From an uncultured delta proteobacterium (GTDB taxonomy: Bacteria > Myxococcota_A > Polyangia > Polyangiales > Polyangiaceae): 64,000 nt of DNA. The notes beneath the pieces were generated by a model that did no database searches, was not told the DNA's origin, and worked only from the letters and a program-made list of their open reading frames with translations. The stretch spans positions 1 through 64,000 of the forward strand of contig CAVQUB010000004.1 of NCBI GenBank assembly GCA_963716725.1, written 5' to 3'. This document shows, one piece after another, positions 20,174 through 29,337 of the stretch (position 1 is its first letter; each line of letters starts with the position of its first letter). Made by a program: the position numbers and the translations under genes.

Positions 20174-21499
20174 TCAGGGTTTGATGATCGCGTTGGCCAG
20201 TCCGCCGTCTTCGGTGCAGTTCGCCAGCTTCATGGCGCCCAGAATTTCCGCCATGCCCGCTTCGGCTTCCGCGCTGCTCGGCACGGCGACCTTGCCGTCG
20301 GCAGGCTGAGCCAGGTACGCGGCAACGGCGTACCACTTGGGCGTTGGGGGGATCATCTGCAGTACCGGATTCCAAAAAAAAGTCTGTTTGCGCTTCCACG
20401 GGTACACGGCCCAGCCCACCTGATGGTCTTCCATGAGCTTGACCACGCCGCTCACCCAGTCCTTGGTGCCTTCGCCGAACTCGCCCAGCCAAATCGGCCG
20501 GTCGTGCTGGGTCCGCAGCGTGAGATAGGGCTGAAGGTCCTGGGTCTCTGGCGTCGCCCAGTCTTCGAAACCGGTCAAGGCATAGGCGTGGAACTCGTAC
20601 GCCATGTTGTCGTCCATCGGGATCTCGAACTCACTGAAGTCGTGTGCCAGCTCGTCGCCTTCCAAGATCACCATGTGTTTCGAGTCCACCTCGCGGATGG
20701 CGGTGATGATCCGGCTGTAGAGGCTGGGTAGCGCGTCGGCTGCCGCCGAGCTCGGCAGCGCGGGCTCGTTCAACAGATCGTATCCGGCGACTGCCACCTT
20801 GTCCCGATAACGCTCGGCCAGGCTTCGCCAGATCGCAACCGTCGCGTCTTGATTCGCCTTCGCGTCCGGACCTTCCCACAGCCTCGCCACGAGGTCGGTC
20901 GACGGCACGTCGGCCACGGTCGCCAGCCCGTTCTGACCGCCCGGCGCGCTGTGAAGATCGAGCACCACGTACACGCCGTGCTTGGCGCCCCAGTCCAACG
21001 CCTGGTCGATGCGCGCCAGGCGAGTCTCGTCGAGCACCGGTTGGCCCGCTTCGAGTCTGCCGATGGCTCGATAGTAGATGGGGAGCCGAGCGCAGTTGAA
21101 CCCCAGCTGCGCCATCCTCTCGAAATCGCGCTCGACGATGAACGTGTCACGCCAATCGTCCCAGAACTTCGCGGCTCGGTCCGGTCCGACGACCTCGTCG
21201 AGGCGTGCCACGAACTCCGACGGTGAGATCAGCAGGGCGTTGCCCTCATCGCTGATCAAGTACGGAATCGGCAGCAGCCACCCGTCGATGTTCGCGCAGC
21301 GGAGCTGAAGGGGCTTGCCCGCGTAGTCGACGACCTGGGGCCCTTGGCTGCGGACCATGGTGTCGCTCTCCGCAGGGATCACGTTCTTGTTGCCGGGTGC
21401 CTTGGCCTTCTCCGGTTCGCAGGCCCAAAGCGCGACCAGCGCCGCGCCCGCGAGCAGGGCCAAGGCTGGGACACGGAGTTGCCACTGGAGTGCAGACAT
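20174..21499 (-). CDS. Glycoside hydrolase family 5 (cellulase superfamily) lipoprotein
   Basis: Lipobox LWAC, GFNCARLP, LDLHSAPGGQN, catalytic LLNEP and WLGEFG; AGGAGG Shine-Dalgarno-like sequence directly before ATG 21499. Confidence 0.88.
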   Translation of the reverse strand: MSALQWQLRVPALALLAGAALVALWACEPEKAKAPGNKNVIPAESDTMVRSQGPQVVDYAGKPLQLRCANIDGWLLPIPYLISDEGNALLISPSEFVARLDEVVGPDRAAKFWDDWRDTFIVERDFERMAQLGFNCARLPIYYRAIGRLEAGQPVLDETRLARIDQALDWGAKHGVYVVLDLHSAPGGQNGLATVADVPSTDLVARLWEGPDAKANQDATVAIWRSLAERYRDKVAVAGYDLLNEPALPSSAAADALPSLYSRIITAIREVDSKHMVILEGDELAHDFSEFEIPMDDNMAYEFHAYALTGFEDWATPETQDLQPYLTLRTQHDRPIWLGEFGEGTKDWVSGVVKLMEDHQVGWAVYPWKRKQTFFWNPVLQMIPPTPKWYAVAAYLAQPADGKVAVPSSAEAEAGMAEILGAMKLANCTEDGGLANAIIKP

Positions 21500-21655
21500 C
21501 CTCCTGCCATAGCCCGGTCCCTCCCCCGCGACCATGCGGCCCAAGGTGAGGTCGCATGCGCTCCGCGCCGGCGTCGGCCACCGTCGCCAGCGCGTTGTGC
21601 TCGCCCAGCGCGCTGTGAAGATCGAGCAGGCGAGCCGAGATGGTAAAAGCGGTTT

Positions 21656-22273
21656 GTGCAAGGCGCGAACCTGGCGGCATGGGTTCACTTCGTCGGCGTC
21701 GTTGGGGGCGCCTTCGCCGCGCTGTTGGTCTGTGCGACCAGGTTCGGCAAGCCCACGCGTCGGCGCGTCGCCGCGTCGGTGCTGGGGCTCGTGGCGCCGG
21801 CTTGTGGGGCCACGGCGAGCCTGCACCGGTGCGACTCGGGACAGCCGGTCCTGCAGTGGCTCGTGCCCGGGCTCGCAGGGGTCGCCGTTCTTCTGCTGGT
21901 CGAGCCCGTGCGCTGGCGCTGGGGCGGGGCAGCCGTCGCGGCCGTGCTGTCCATCGGGCTTTCGTTCCACTACGCGCAGGTCGTGCACGGGCCAGTCTGG
22001 GTTGGCAATCCAGAGTCGCGCGCCCTCGTCGGCCAGCGTGCCGAGTCCGAGTGGCACACGCCGATCACGGGTCTCTACCGGCGCGTCGATGACGCCACGC
22101 GAAGGGGCGCGACCTCCGCCGTTGGAGCGCCGCGCCAGCGCCCTCGCGCCGTCACACTAACGCCCGCGCGCGCGTCATCCGTCGCAAGAGCGTCCGTCCC
22201 ACGAGGATCAGGGGCAATACCAGCAAGAGCAGCACCGGCACCAAGACACCGAGCAGGCGGATGCTGCCGATGA
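21656..22273 (+). CDS. Hypothetical membrane protein
   Basis: Three to four hydrophobic segments; fills the gap between two minus-strand genes. The 3' end overlaps the next gene, so the true end is uncertain. Confidence 0.4.
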   Translation: MQGANLAAWVHFVGVVGGAFAALLVCATRFGKPTRRRVAASVLGLVAPACGATASLHRCDSGQPVLQWLVPGLAGVAVLLLVEPVRWRWGGAAVAAVLSIGLSFHYAQVVHGPVWVGNPESRALVGQRAESEWHTPITGLYRRVDDATRRGATSAVGAPRQRPRAVTLTPARASSVARASVPRGSGAIPARAAPAPRHRAGGCCR

Positions 22274-23009
22274 CGATGCCCGCCGCGACGTTCACGGCGT
22301 CGGCGGAGGCGCGCTTGGCGGCGCGTCCGAAGGAACCCGACGAGAATGCGACCAGGCGCTGCTCGCCCCGGAAAGTCACGCTCACCGTCGAGAGCCCGAT
22401 CTGGTTGTCCAGCAGGCGCTTCTTGCCCTCGGCGCGCTCGATCTCGCCGCGCACCTCGGCCAGTTGCTTCTGGACCGCGAGCAGATCGTCGACCTTGCTC
22501 GCGGTCTTCAAGATCTCCAGGTACTGCTCTTCGAGCTTCTTCTGGGTCTTGATCCGGGCCTCGAGATCCACCCACTCGTCGGTGACGTCGCGGCTGGTGA
22601 TGTTCTCGCTGCCCACGTGAGAGCCTAGCTTTCGCAGGGCCTCGAGGGTCGCGTCGAGGCGGTCGCTGGCGACGCGCAGCACGACCCGCACGCTGCCCGG
22701 GTCGTCGCCGTCTTGGCTGGCGATCGAGAGCGCCTCGCTCGACGCGAGATAGCCGCCGTTTGCTGCGGCGATCTTCGAAGCCTCGCGTTGGGCCGCGCCC
22801 GGAGAGGTAACCGTCATGCTCAGCTCGGCGTTGCGAATCACCTTGCGCACGACCTGGGCTTGCCCAGAGTTGCCTGCGGGATCGGAGGGCGCAGCAGCCG
22901 CTGTTGGTGGGGCCGCGCCGGCGTCTTCCTGCTTCTTGCAGGCCGGGATCAGGCTGGCGAGGGCGACGAAGACCAGAAATGGGAGCGCTCCGCGCGCGAG
23001 TGGGCTCAT
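22152..23009 (-). CDS. DUF4349-domain lipoprotein
   Basis: Lipobox LIPAC, RKVIRNAEL, DVTDEWVDLEARI coiled coil, C-terminal transmembrane helix. Confidence 0.85.
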   Translation of the reverse strand: MSPLARGALPFLVFVALASLIPACKKQEDAGAAPPTAAAAPSDPAGNSGQAQVVRKVIRNAELSMTVTSPGAAQREASKIAAANGGYLASSEALSIASQDGDDPGSVRVVLRVASDRLDATLEALRKLGSHVGSENITSRDVTDEWVDLEARIKTQKKLEEQYLEILKTASKVDDLLAVQKQLAEVRGEIERAEGKKRLLDNQIGLSTVSVTFRGEQRLVAFSSGSFGRAAKRASADAVNVAAGIVIGSIRLLGVLVPVLLLLVLPLILVGRTLLRRMTRARALV

Positions 23010-23073
23010 TCCAGCCGACAACGCCTCGGCGCGGGCTCGCCTTACACGGCGTGACTCGGCTATGTTTTCGGCC

Positions 23074-23484
23074 ATGCGCCACTTGCTCGTTTCAGTCGGC
23101 CTCGCCCTCGCCGCCTGCGTCGGACCGCGCTTCGTGGGCTACTCACCGCTCGAGCAGAAGACCGGGCTCGACGCCAAGAAGCTCTACGACGCCGCCGAGG
23201 GCACGCTCCTCGACCGCGGCTACCTGATCGAGAAGCGGGACGAAACCGGGTTCGAGTTGGTCACCGAACCCCGCACCTTGCTGGGCTCCGAGATCGGCAA
23301 GAGCAAGTTCCGATACGTGTGGACCGTCAAGACCGCCGACGGCACGCTGCGCATCAAGCTGGCGTGCCGGGAGGCCGGGGGCCTCGGCGATCCCTCCGAG
23401 TGCAACGAGCAGGCGCCGGAGAAGATCGTCTCCGAGCAGAACGCCATCGCCGAGCAGGCGGTGCGCGAGGCGAAGAGCCAGTGA
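23074..23484 (+). CDS. Small hypothetical lipoprotein
   Basis: MRHLLVSVGLALAAC lipobox; TATGTT 7 nt upstream. Confidence 0.65.
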   Translation: MRHLLVSVGLALAACVGPRFVGYSPLEQKTGLDAKKLYDAAEGTLLDRGYLIEKRDETGFELVTEPRTLLGSEIGKSKFRYVWTVKTADGTLRIKLACREAGGLGDPSECNEQAPEKIVSEQNAIAEQAVREAKSQ

Positions 23485-23590
23485 GCCGTCAAGGCTGACA
23501 CTGGCAGGGGGGCAAGAAGCAGCCATCGTCCGCGCAGCGAGCCCGACCCGGAGTGCCCGCAGTGCAGGTGGCGCGCGATCACTGCGCGGC

Positions 23591-24373
23591 TCACTCGCCC
23601 CGGAACACCGGGCTCCGACTCTCGCGGAACGCCAGCACGGCTTCCTTCAGATCTGTCGTCGCGAAATCGAGGGCTTGGCAGGCGGCCTCGCGCTCGAGGC
23701 CCGCGTCGAGCGCCGCGAGCAGCGGCGCCGCCAGCGTTTCCTTGGCTTGCGTCACGGCGACCGGTGCCGCGGACGTGATCGCGTTCACGATGGCTGCGAC
23801 CTGCTCCTCGAGCGCTGCTCGGGGAACGGCCAGGTTCACCAGGCCGATCTGCGCGGCTTCCTCCCCCGTGATGAGCTTGCCGGTCAGGATCAACTCGGCT
23901 GCCTTGGCGGGGCCGACCAACCTCGGCAAGAGCACGCTGCATCCCATGCCGGGGTGGAGACCCACGCGGACGAAGTTCGCGCCGAGCTTGGCTTCGCTGG
24001 CGGCCACCCGCAGATCGCAGGCCATGGCGAGACACAGCCCGGCGCCCACGGCGGCGCCCTGGAGCACCGCGACGCTGGGGACTGCGAGGCGCGTGATGGA
24101 GAGGAAGCTCGAATAGAAGCCGATCATGTCCCTTCGGTTCTGCTCCGGAGTCTTCTTCGAGTTCTCTTCAATCAACGAGAAGTCGCCGCCCGCGCAGAAC
24201 GCCCGGCCTTCGCCCACCACGAGCACCACCCGGGGCTCCCGCGAGGCGTTGAGCGTCTGCACCGCTTCGCTGACGAGCCGCCCCATCTCGGCGGTCATGG
24301 CGTTCTGTTTGTCGGGCCGGGAAAGCACGATGCGTGAGACGGGGCCGACTTCGACGCGAACAGGGGCGGTCAT
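23591..24373 (-). CDS. Enoyl-CoA hydratase/isomerase family protein
   Basis: RAFCAGGD, GAAVGAG, ACDLRVA and GLHPGMG crotonase motifs. Confidence 0.92.
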   Translation of the reverse strand: MTAPVRVEVGPVSRIVLSRPDKQNAMTAEMGRLVSEAVQTLNASREPRVVLVVGEGRAFCAGGDFSLIEENSKKTPEQNRRDMIGFYSSFLSITRLAVPSVAVLQGAAVGAGLCLAMACDLRVAASEAKLGANFVRVGLHPGMGCSVLLPRLVGPAKAAELILTGKLITGEEAAQIGLVNLAVPRAALEEQVAAIVNAITSAAPVAVTQAKETLAAPLLAALDAGLEREAACQALDFATTDLKEAVLAFRESRSPVFRGE

Positions 24374-24409
24374 GGGTCCCGGGTATAGCGCGGGAAAACG
24401 CGCTGCGGC

Positions 24410-24823
24410 TCAAAACTTCGGCGGCGGCGCCGGTGGCGGATAGCCGCTGCGCAGCGGGACCGCGCTGCTGGTTGGGATCGCCGGCACCTCGTAGCCATCG
24501 CGCGGGGGCGCGGGCGGAGCTCCCTTCTCGGCGCAGACCACGGTCACCGCTTGGGGTGAGTAGATGGTCCAGGTGATGATGTTCAGGAGGGTGTGCAGGG
24601 GATCGGTCGCCGTCCGGACTTCGGCCCAGCCCTCCGGGCAGACTGCGTCCACCGGGTGCGGTCCGCTGGCCTCGATCAAGCCTGCGACGTAGCCGCTGTG
24701 CCAGCGTTCGTCGTAGCTCTCGGGCGCCTCGGCCGGCGGGTGGCCCGAGCGCACGACGGTGCGAAAGCAGCCGGTGAGGGCCAGCGCCACGAGCACCGCC
24801 GGGACGCTCCGCCGCGGGCTCAT
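24410..24823 (-). CDS. Bor/Iss-like small lipoprotein
   Basis: LTGC lipobox, CPEG...ITWTIYSPQAVTVVC pattern. Confidence 0.7.
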   Translation of the reverse strand: MSPRRSVPAVLVALALTGCFRTVVRSGHPPAEAPESYDERWHSGYVAGLIEASGPHPVDAVCPEGWAEVRTATDPLHTLLNIITWTIYSPQAVTVVCAEKGAPPAPPRDGYEVPAIPTSSAVPLRSGYPPPAPPPKF

Positions 24824-25116
24824 CGAGCCGGCGCTTTCTCGCAGATGATGGCCACCTTGCGCGGTGTGTAGATGCCCAAGGTGACGACGCTCACGAGCAG
24901 CGTGAGCGCGTCCTCGCCGATCCAGATCTCGTGGGCTCGGGCCGTCGCGCAGTGATCTCGGACATCCACCTCGGCCTCCCCGAGGGATCCGAGCACGTAG
25001 TGGTGCGCCCACTGGGTCTTCTCCTCACCGGGCGTGATGCGCGCGTCGTGAAAGGTGGCGGAGCAGCCCGGAAGCAGGGTGACGACCAGGAGCAGAGCGG
25101 TGGTTTGGGCGCGCAT
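24820..25116 (-). CDS. Bor/Iss-like small lipoprotein
   Basis: LPGC lipobox, VTLGIYTPRKVAIIC motif characteristic of the Bor family. Confidence 0.75.
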   Translation of the reverse strand: MRAQTTALLLVVTLLPGCSATFHDARITPGEEKTQWAHHYVLGSLGEAEVDVRDHCATARAHEIWIGEDALTLLVSVVTLGIYTPRKVAIICEKAPAR

Positions 25117-25171
25117 AAGTTGCGGCATCACCTGGGAAGGTAGCACCGGGGTCGCGTGGCATACTCGTCCC

Positions 25172-25711
25172 GTGAACACCCTCGAAGAGCTGAGCCGGGA
25201 GCTGCCGGCGCTCGCCCGACGTGCCATCGACGCTCACCTCGCAGGGGACCATCCCATCTTGGCGGCGCGGGAAGGGGCCCCGGCCGCCGGGGTGTTCGTG
25301 ACGCTCCGAGAGGCGGACGGCAAGCTGCGGGGCTGCATCGGTTCCATCACGCCGGCCGAGCGCGACGTCTTCGCCGAGACCGCGCGCAGCGCGGTGCTGG
25401 CCGCGACCCGAGACCCGCGCTTCTCGCCGGTGGGGCGCGCCGAACTGGCGGCGCTCAGCATCGAGGTGAGCGTGCTCGCGCCGGACGAGCCCGTGGCTGG
25501 GCTCAGGGATCTCGATCCGAAGCGCTACGGCGTCATCGTCTGCGATCACGGCGGGCGGCGCGGCCTGCTGTTGCCGGACATCGAAGGAGTGGACGACGCC
25601 GAGACTCAGGTGGCCATCGCGCGCCAGAAGGCTGGGATAGCGGCCGGTGAGCCGGTGCGGCTGTCGCGGTTTCGGGTCACGAAGGCGAAGGAATCGTCCC
25701 CGGCTGCGTAG
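25172..25711 (+). CDS. AMMECR1-domain protein (AmmeMemoRadiSam protein A)
   Basis: GVFVTL...LRGCIG, DPRFSPV, IEVSVL, GLLLP motifs. Confidence 0.9.
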   Translation: MNTLEELSRELPALARRAIDAHLAGDHPILAAREGAPAAGVFVTLREADGKLRGCIGSITPAERDVFAETARSAVLAATRDPRFSPVGRAELAALSIEVSVLAPDEPVAGLRDLDPKRYGVIVCDHGGRRGLLLPDIEGVDDAETQVAIARQKAGIAAGEPVRLSRFRVTKAKESSPAA

Positions 25712-25767
25712 GGAGCCCGGCACGGCCTGCGTCGAACCTCACGAACCCACTCCCGAGGTGCCGTGAC

Positions 25768-26760
25768 ATGAGGCTTTTTCGAAGTGTTTCCGCGTTGTCG
25801 CTGCTGCTCCTGGCAGCCTGCTCCCAAGAGGTGCCCACCGACGAGGTGCCCGCGCCCGTCGAGCAGAACGAACAGCAGCTGGCCCCGAAGGCCGAGGCGC
25901 CGGCGGTCGGCGCGCCCAACGCCAAGAGCGGGCGGCATGCTCGCAAGGGGCGTCACGGGGGGCCCGGGTTCTTGCTCCGCGCCGCGCTGAACGAGCTCGA
26001 GCTGCGGCCCGAACAGAAGACCACCATCGAAGCGCTCACGACCGACCTCGAGTCGGCGCAGCCCTTCGCCAGCCCCGCCCACGCGGCCTTCGACAAGGCC
26101 CTCGCCGCCCAGGTTCGGGCCGGAAAGATCGACCGTGCCGCCCTCGAGCCGCACCGCGCGGCGCTCGAGAAGTCGGCGAGTGATGCCCGACTGAAGGTGC
26201 AGGGCGCGCTGGGCGAGCTGCATCGCACGCTCGACACGGCACAGCGCAAGGCGCTCGTCGCCGCCATCGAAGGTCGCATGATCGAAGGCAAGCAGCGCTT
26301 CGGTCCGATGAAGCACGATGGCGAGTGCGCGGGCGAGTGCGCGGGCGAAGGCGAGTGCAAAGGCGCGCATGGCGGGCATGGCAAACGCGGGTTCGGCCGC
26401 GGGCATGGTCCCAAGATGGGAGGTCACCACGGATCCGGCTTCGGCACCTTCGCCGAGCTCGATCTGAGCGATGCTCAGCGCGATCAACTGCGGGCCGCGC
26501 GGGAGAAGGCCGAGCCCGATCGCGCCGCGATGAAAGAGAAGATGCAGCAGAAGGGCGAGCACATGAAGCAGCTGCTCGCGGCCTTCGCGGCCGACGGCTT
26601 CGACGCCAAGAAGCTCTCCGATCTTCCCGGGCAACAGCCGCGCACAAAGTTGGAGTTCCGAGTGAAGCAGCTCGAGACGATGCTGGCGGTGCTCGAGCCG
26701 GCGCAGCGCGAGAAGCTCGCCAGCGGCATCGAGAGCGGCCCGCCGGGGCGCAAGCACTGA
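25768..26760 (+). CDS. Spy/CpxP-like (LTxxQ) periplasmic lipoprotein with two helical units and a His/Cys-rich linker
   Basis: Lipobox LLAAC; LRPEQK, LDTAQR, LSDAQR, LEPAQR repeats. Confidence 0.72.
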   Translation: MRLFRSVSALSLLLLAACSQEVPTDEVPAPVEQNEQQLAPKAEAPAVGAPNAKSGRHARKGRHGGPGFLLRAALNELELRPEQKTTIEALTTDLESAQPFASPAHAAFDKALAAQVRAGKIDRAALEPHRAALEKSASDARLKVQGALGELHRTLDTAQRKALVAAIEGRMIEGKQRFGPMKHDGECAGECAGEGECKGAHGGHGKRGFGRGHGPKMGGHHGSGFGTFAELDLSDAQRDQLRAAREKAEPDRAAMKEKMQQKGEHMKQLLAAFAADGFDAKKLSDLPGQQPRTKLEFRVKQLETMLAVLEPAQREKLASGIESGPPGRKH

Positions 26761-26768
26761 GGCGGCAC

Positions 26769-26802
26769 GGCTCGGGAGCGGAGGACTCTCCCCTCCCGAG
26801 CC
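26769..26802 (+). terminator. Intergenic hairpin between Spy-like gene and ECF sigma gene
   Basis: GGCTCGGGAG ... CTCCCGAGCC perfect 10-bp stem; no U-tract, so it may be an mRNA-stabilising stem. Confidence 0.45.
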
Positions 26803-26823
26803 CCGCGCAGAGTATGACCGACG

Positions 26824-27366
26824 GTGGTGTCCAGCCCCGATCTCAGCCTGGTGGCCCGGCGGGTCCGGAGCGGCGACACCGCCGCGTTTCGGGCTCTCGT
26901 GGAGCACACCCAGGGAGATCTGTTCCGGCTCGCGGCCCGGCTGCTGGGCAGCGCGGCGGACGCCGACGAGGTCCTTCAAGACGCGTACATGAAGGCGTAT
27001 CGTGCGCTGTGCGATGGCAAGTTCGATGGACGCGCGGGGGTTCGGACCTGGCTCTACCGCGTGGTGACCAACACGGCGCTCGACGCGCTCCGGCGTCGTG
27101 CCGTGCGCCCCGCGGGCGACGACGCCGAGCTGGAGACCGCGGTCGACTCAGCGCCGGGTGCCGACGCGCAAATGGCGCTCGCGGAGCTGGCACGGTGGCT
27201 CGACGAGCTGCCGCTGGAACAGCGCGCGGCGCTGGTGCTCTGCGGCTTCGAGGGTCTGACCAACCGCGAGGCGTCAGCGGTCCTGGGGATCAGCGAGGGC
27301 GCCGTGGAGCAGCGACTGGTCCGAGCGCGAGCGACGCTGCGGGAGAGGCGAGGGCGCGATGAGTGA
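26824..27366 (+). CDS. ECF RNA polymerase sigma factor
   Basis: DADEVLQD, TWLYRVVTN (region 2), LPLEQRAALVL...EASAVLGISEGAVEQRLVRAR (region 4). Confidence 0.92.
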   Translation: MVSSPDLSLVARRVRSGDTAAFRALVEHTQGDLFRLAARLLGSAADADEVLQDAYMKAYRALCDGKFDGRAGVRTWLYRVVTNTALDALRRRAVRPAGDDAELETAVDSAPGADAQMALAELARWLDELPLEQRAALVLCGFEGLTNREASAVLGISEGAVEQRLVRARATLRERRGRDE

Positions 27367-27610
27367 CGAACACGATCTGATCGAGCGCCTGAGGGCCCGC
27401 ACCGCGGGCATCGCGCCGCCAACCGACTTCAGCGATCGGGTGATGGCTCGGGTGGAGCGATCGGAGCGCGAGCCGTGGGCGGCTCGCGGCATCGCGATGG
27501 GCCTGTTTGCGGCCGCCGCGGCGCTGGCCATTTGGGTCTCGTCGACGGCGCAGCAGCAACTGGACAGCGAAGCCCTCTCGTCCTTCGACCTGGTGGAGCT
27601 CGAGCAATGA
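27359..27610 (+). CDS. Putative small membrane anti-sigma factor
   Basis: Overlaps the sigma stop; PPTDFSDRVMARV followed by one transmembrane helix. Confidence 0.7.
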   Translation: MSDEHDLIERLRARTAGIAPPTDFSDRVMARVERSEREPWAARGIAMGLFAAAAALAIWVSSTAQQQLDSEALSSFDLVELEQ

Positions 27611-27993
27611 ACCGCCGAAAGCTCGTGGCGATCCTGGCTCTTTTGTGCGCCTTCGTGCTCGGGGCGGTGGCCGGCGGCTTCGGGATGAAGAGCTACGTCT
27701 TGCACCGATTCGCCGAGCGCATGGGCGGGCCGCCGGGCCGGGCGCGCATGGGCTTTCGGATCGAGGCCATGACGCGCGCGCTCGACCTCGACTCGGCGCA
27801 GCGCGAGAAGGTCCAGCGGATCTTCGAGGCGCACGAGGACGAGCGCCGCAAGACCCTCGAGAAGTGCGAGCCCGAACACCGGGCGCTGCGCGCCAAGATT
27901 GACTCCGAGATCCGCGACGTGCTCTCTGCGCAGCAGCGCGAGAAGTACGAGCAAATGCTCAAACGCCACGATCGACGCGATCCTCCTCCCTGA
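27607..27993 (+). CDS. Periplasmic Spy/CpxP/heavy-metal-sensor-like protein
   Basis: N-terminal hydrophobic helix, LDLDSAQR and VLSAQQREKY motifs; ATGA coupling. Confidence 0.7.
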   Translation: MNRRKLVAILALLCAFVLGAVAGGFGMKSYVLHRFAERMGGPPGRARMGFRIEAMTRALDLDSAQREKVQRIFEAHEDERRKTLEKCEPEHRALRAKIDSEIRDVLSAQQREKYEQMLKRHDRRDPPP

Positions 27994-28011
27994 TCCCACG
28001 AGGTCCTCTCC

Positions 28012-29337
28012 ATGCAATCCCCCAACGCCACCGGCGATCCGCAGGTGCTCGCGAAACTCGGTGTCGGCAAGAGTCGAACGTTCCGCCGCTGGCTCGGCCG
28101 GGCCATCGCGCTCCTCGTGCTGCTGGCCGTGGGTGCGGGCGTTTGGATCTGGCGAGTGCGCAGCTCCAGCGCAAAGGTCGAGAGCTACGTCACGGCACCC
28201 GTCGAGCAAGGTGACTTGCGTGAGACCGTGACGGCGACGGGGACCCTGTCACCCCTCGACGCGGTGGAGGTGGGCGCCGAGGTCACCGGTCGGGTGCTGA
28301 AGGTCCACGTGGACGTGAACGACCGGGTGAAAGAGGGGCAGATCTTGGTCGAGATCGATCAAGAGCAGCTCAGCGCCCGCGTCGACGAGTCCCAGGCTCA
28401 GCTGCGAAGCGCCGAGGCCTCGTCGCGCAACTCCCGAGCCAGCGTCAAGGAGGCGCAGCTGAAGGCCGATCGGGTCCGCGAGTTGGCGAAGCGGGGTCTC
28501 TCGTCGGCCCAGGAGCTCGAGACTGCCGAGGCCACGCTCGAGCGAGCCAAAGCGCAGGTCGGCACGGCCTCGGCGCAGGTCACCGTGGCGCGCGCGGGGC
28601 TCAAGTTGAGCAAGACCAACCAGGGAAAGGCGCTGATCAAATCTCCCATCGACGGCATCGTGCTGGCGCGCAGCGTGGAGCCAGGTCAAACCGTCACCTC
28701 CGGCTTCCAGACTCCGGTGCTCTTCACGCTGGCGCGGGACATCACCGAGATGCGGCTGCTCGTGGACGTCGACGAGGCCGACGTGGGCAAGGTGGTCGAC
28801 GACCTGGCCGCGAGCTTCGTGGTCGACGCCTATCCGAAGCGGCAGTTCCCCTCCAAAGTGGTGCGACTGAACAACCTGCCCAAAGCGGGCACCAGCGTCA
28901 TCACCTACGAGGGCTTGCTCACCGTCGACAACTCCGAGCGCCTGCTGCGCCCGGGCATGACCGCGACGGCGACGATCGTGGTCCAACAGGTCAAGGGCGT
29001 GCTGACGGTGCCCAACGCGGCGCTGCGCTACCGGCCCAAGAGCGCGGCCGGCGCCACCAGCACCGGCGCGGCGCTCCGCATGCCAGGGCTCGGCGGCCCC
29101 GGCATGGGGCGGAGCTCCGGCGGTTCGCGACCCGCCGGCTCCGCCGCTTCCGGAGGTTCCGCCGCCCCGGGCGGGGAGCGCCAGCGGCGCGACGCCGTGT
29201 ACATCGTGCGCAACGGTCAGGCCGTGCGGGTGCCCGTCGAGACCGGAGTCACCGACGGCAAGCGCACCGAGGTCAAATCGCCGGAGCTCGCGGCGGGCGC
29301 CGAGGTCGTGACTGACATCGAGGAGCTCAAGAAGTGA
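28012..29337 (+). CDS. MacA-like efflux periplasmic adaptor subunit
   Basis: TVTATGTL, VEVGAEVTG, IKSPIDGIVL, VDEADVG, LRPGMTA motifs. Confidence 0.9.
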   Translation: MQSPNATGDPQVLAKLGVGKSRTFRRWLGRAIALLVLLAVGAGVWIWRVRSSSAKVESYVTAPVEQGDLRETVTATGTLSPLDAVEVGAEVTGRVLKVHVDVNDRVKEGQILVEIDQEQLSARVDESQAQLRSAEASSRNSRASVKEAQLKADRVRELAKRGLSSAQELETAEATLERAKAQVGTASAQVTVARAGLKLSKTNQGKALIKSPIDGIVLARSVEPGQTVTSGFQTPVLFTLARDITEMRLLVDVDEADVGKVVDDLAASFVVDAYPKRQFPSKVVRLNNLPKAGTSVITYEGLLTVDNSERLLRPGMTATATIVVQQVKGVLTVPNAALRYRPKSAAGATSTGAALRMPGLGGPGMGRSSGGSRPAGSAASGGSAAPGGERQRRDAVYIVRNGQAVRVPVETGVTDGKRTEVKSPELAAGAEVVTDIEELKK

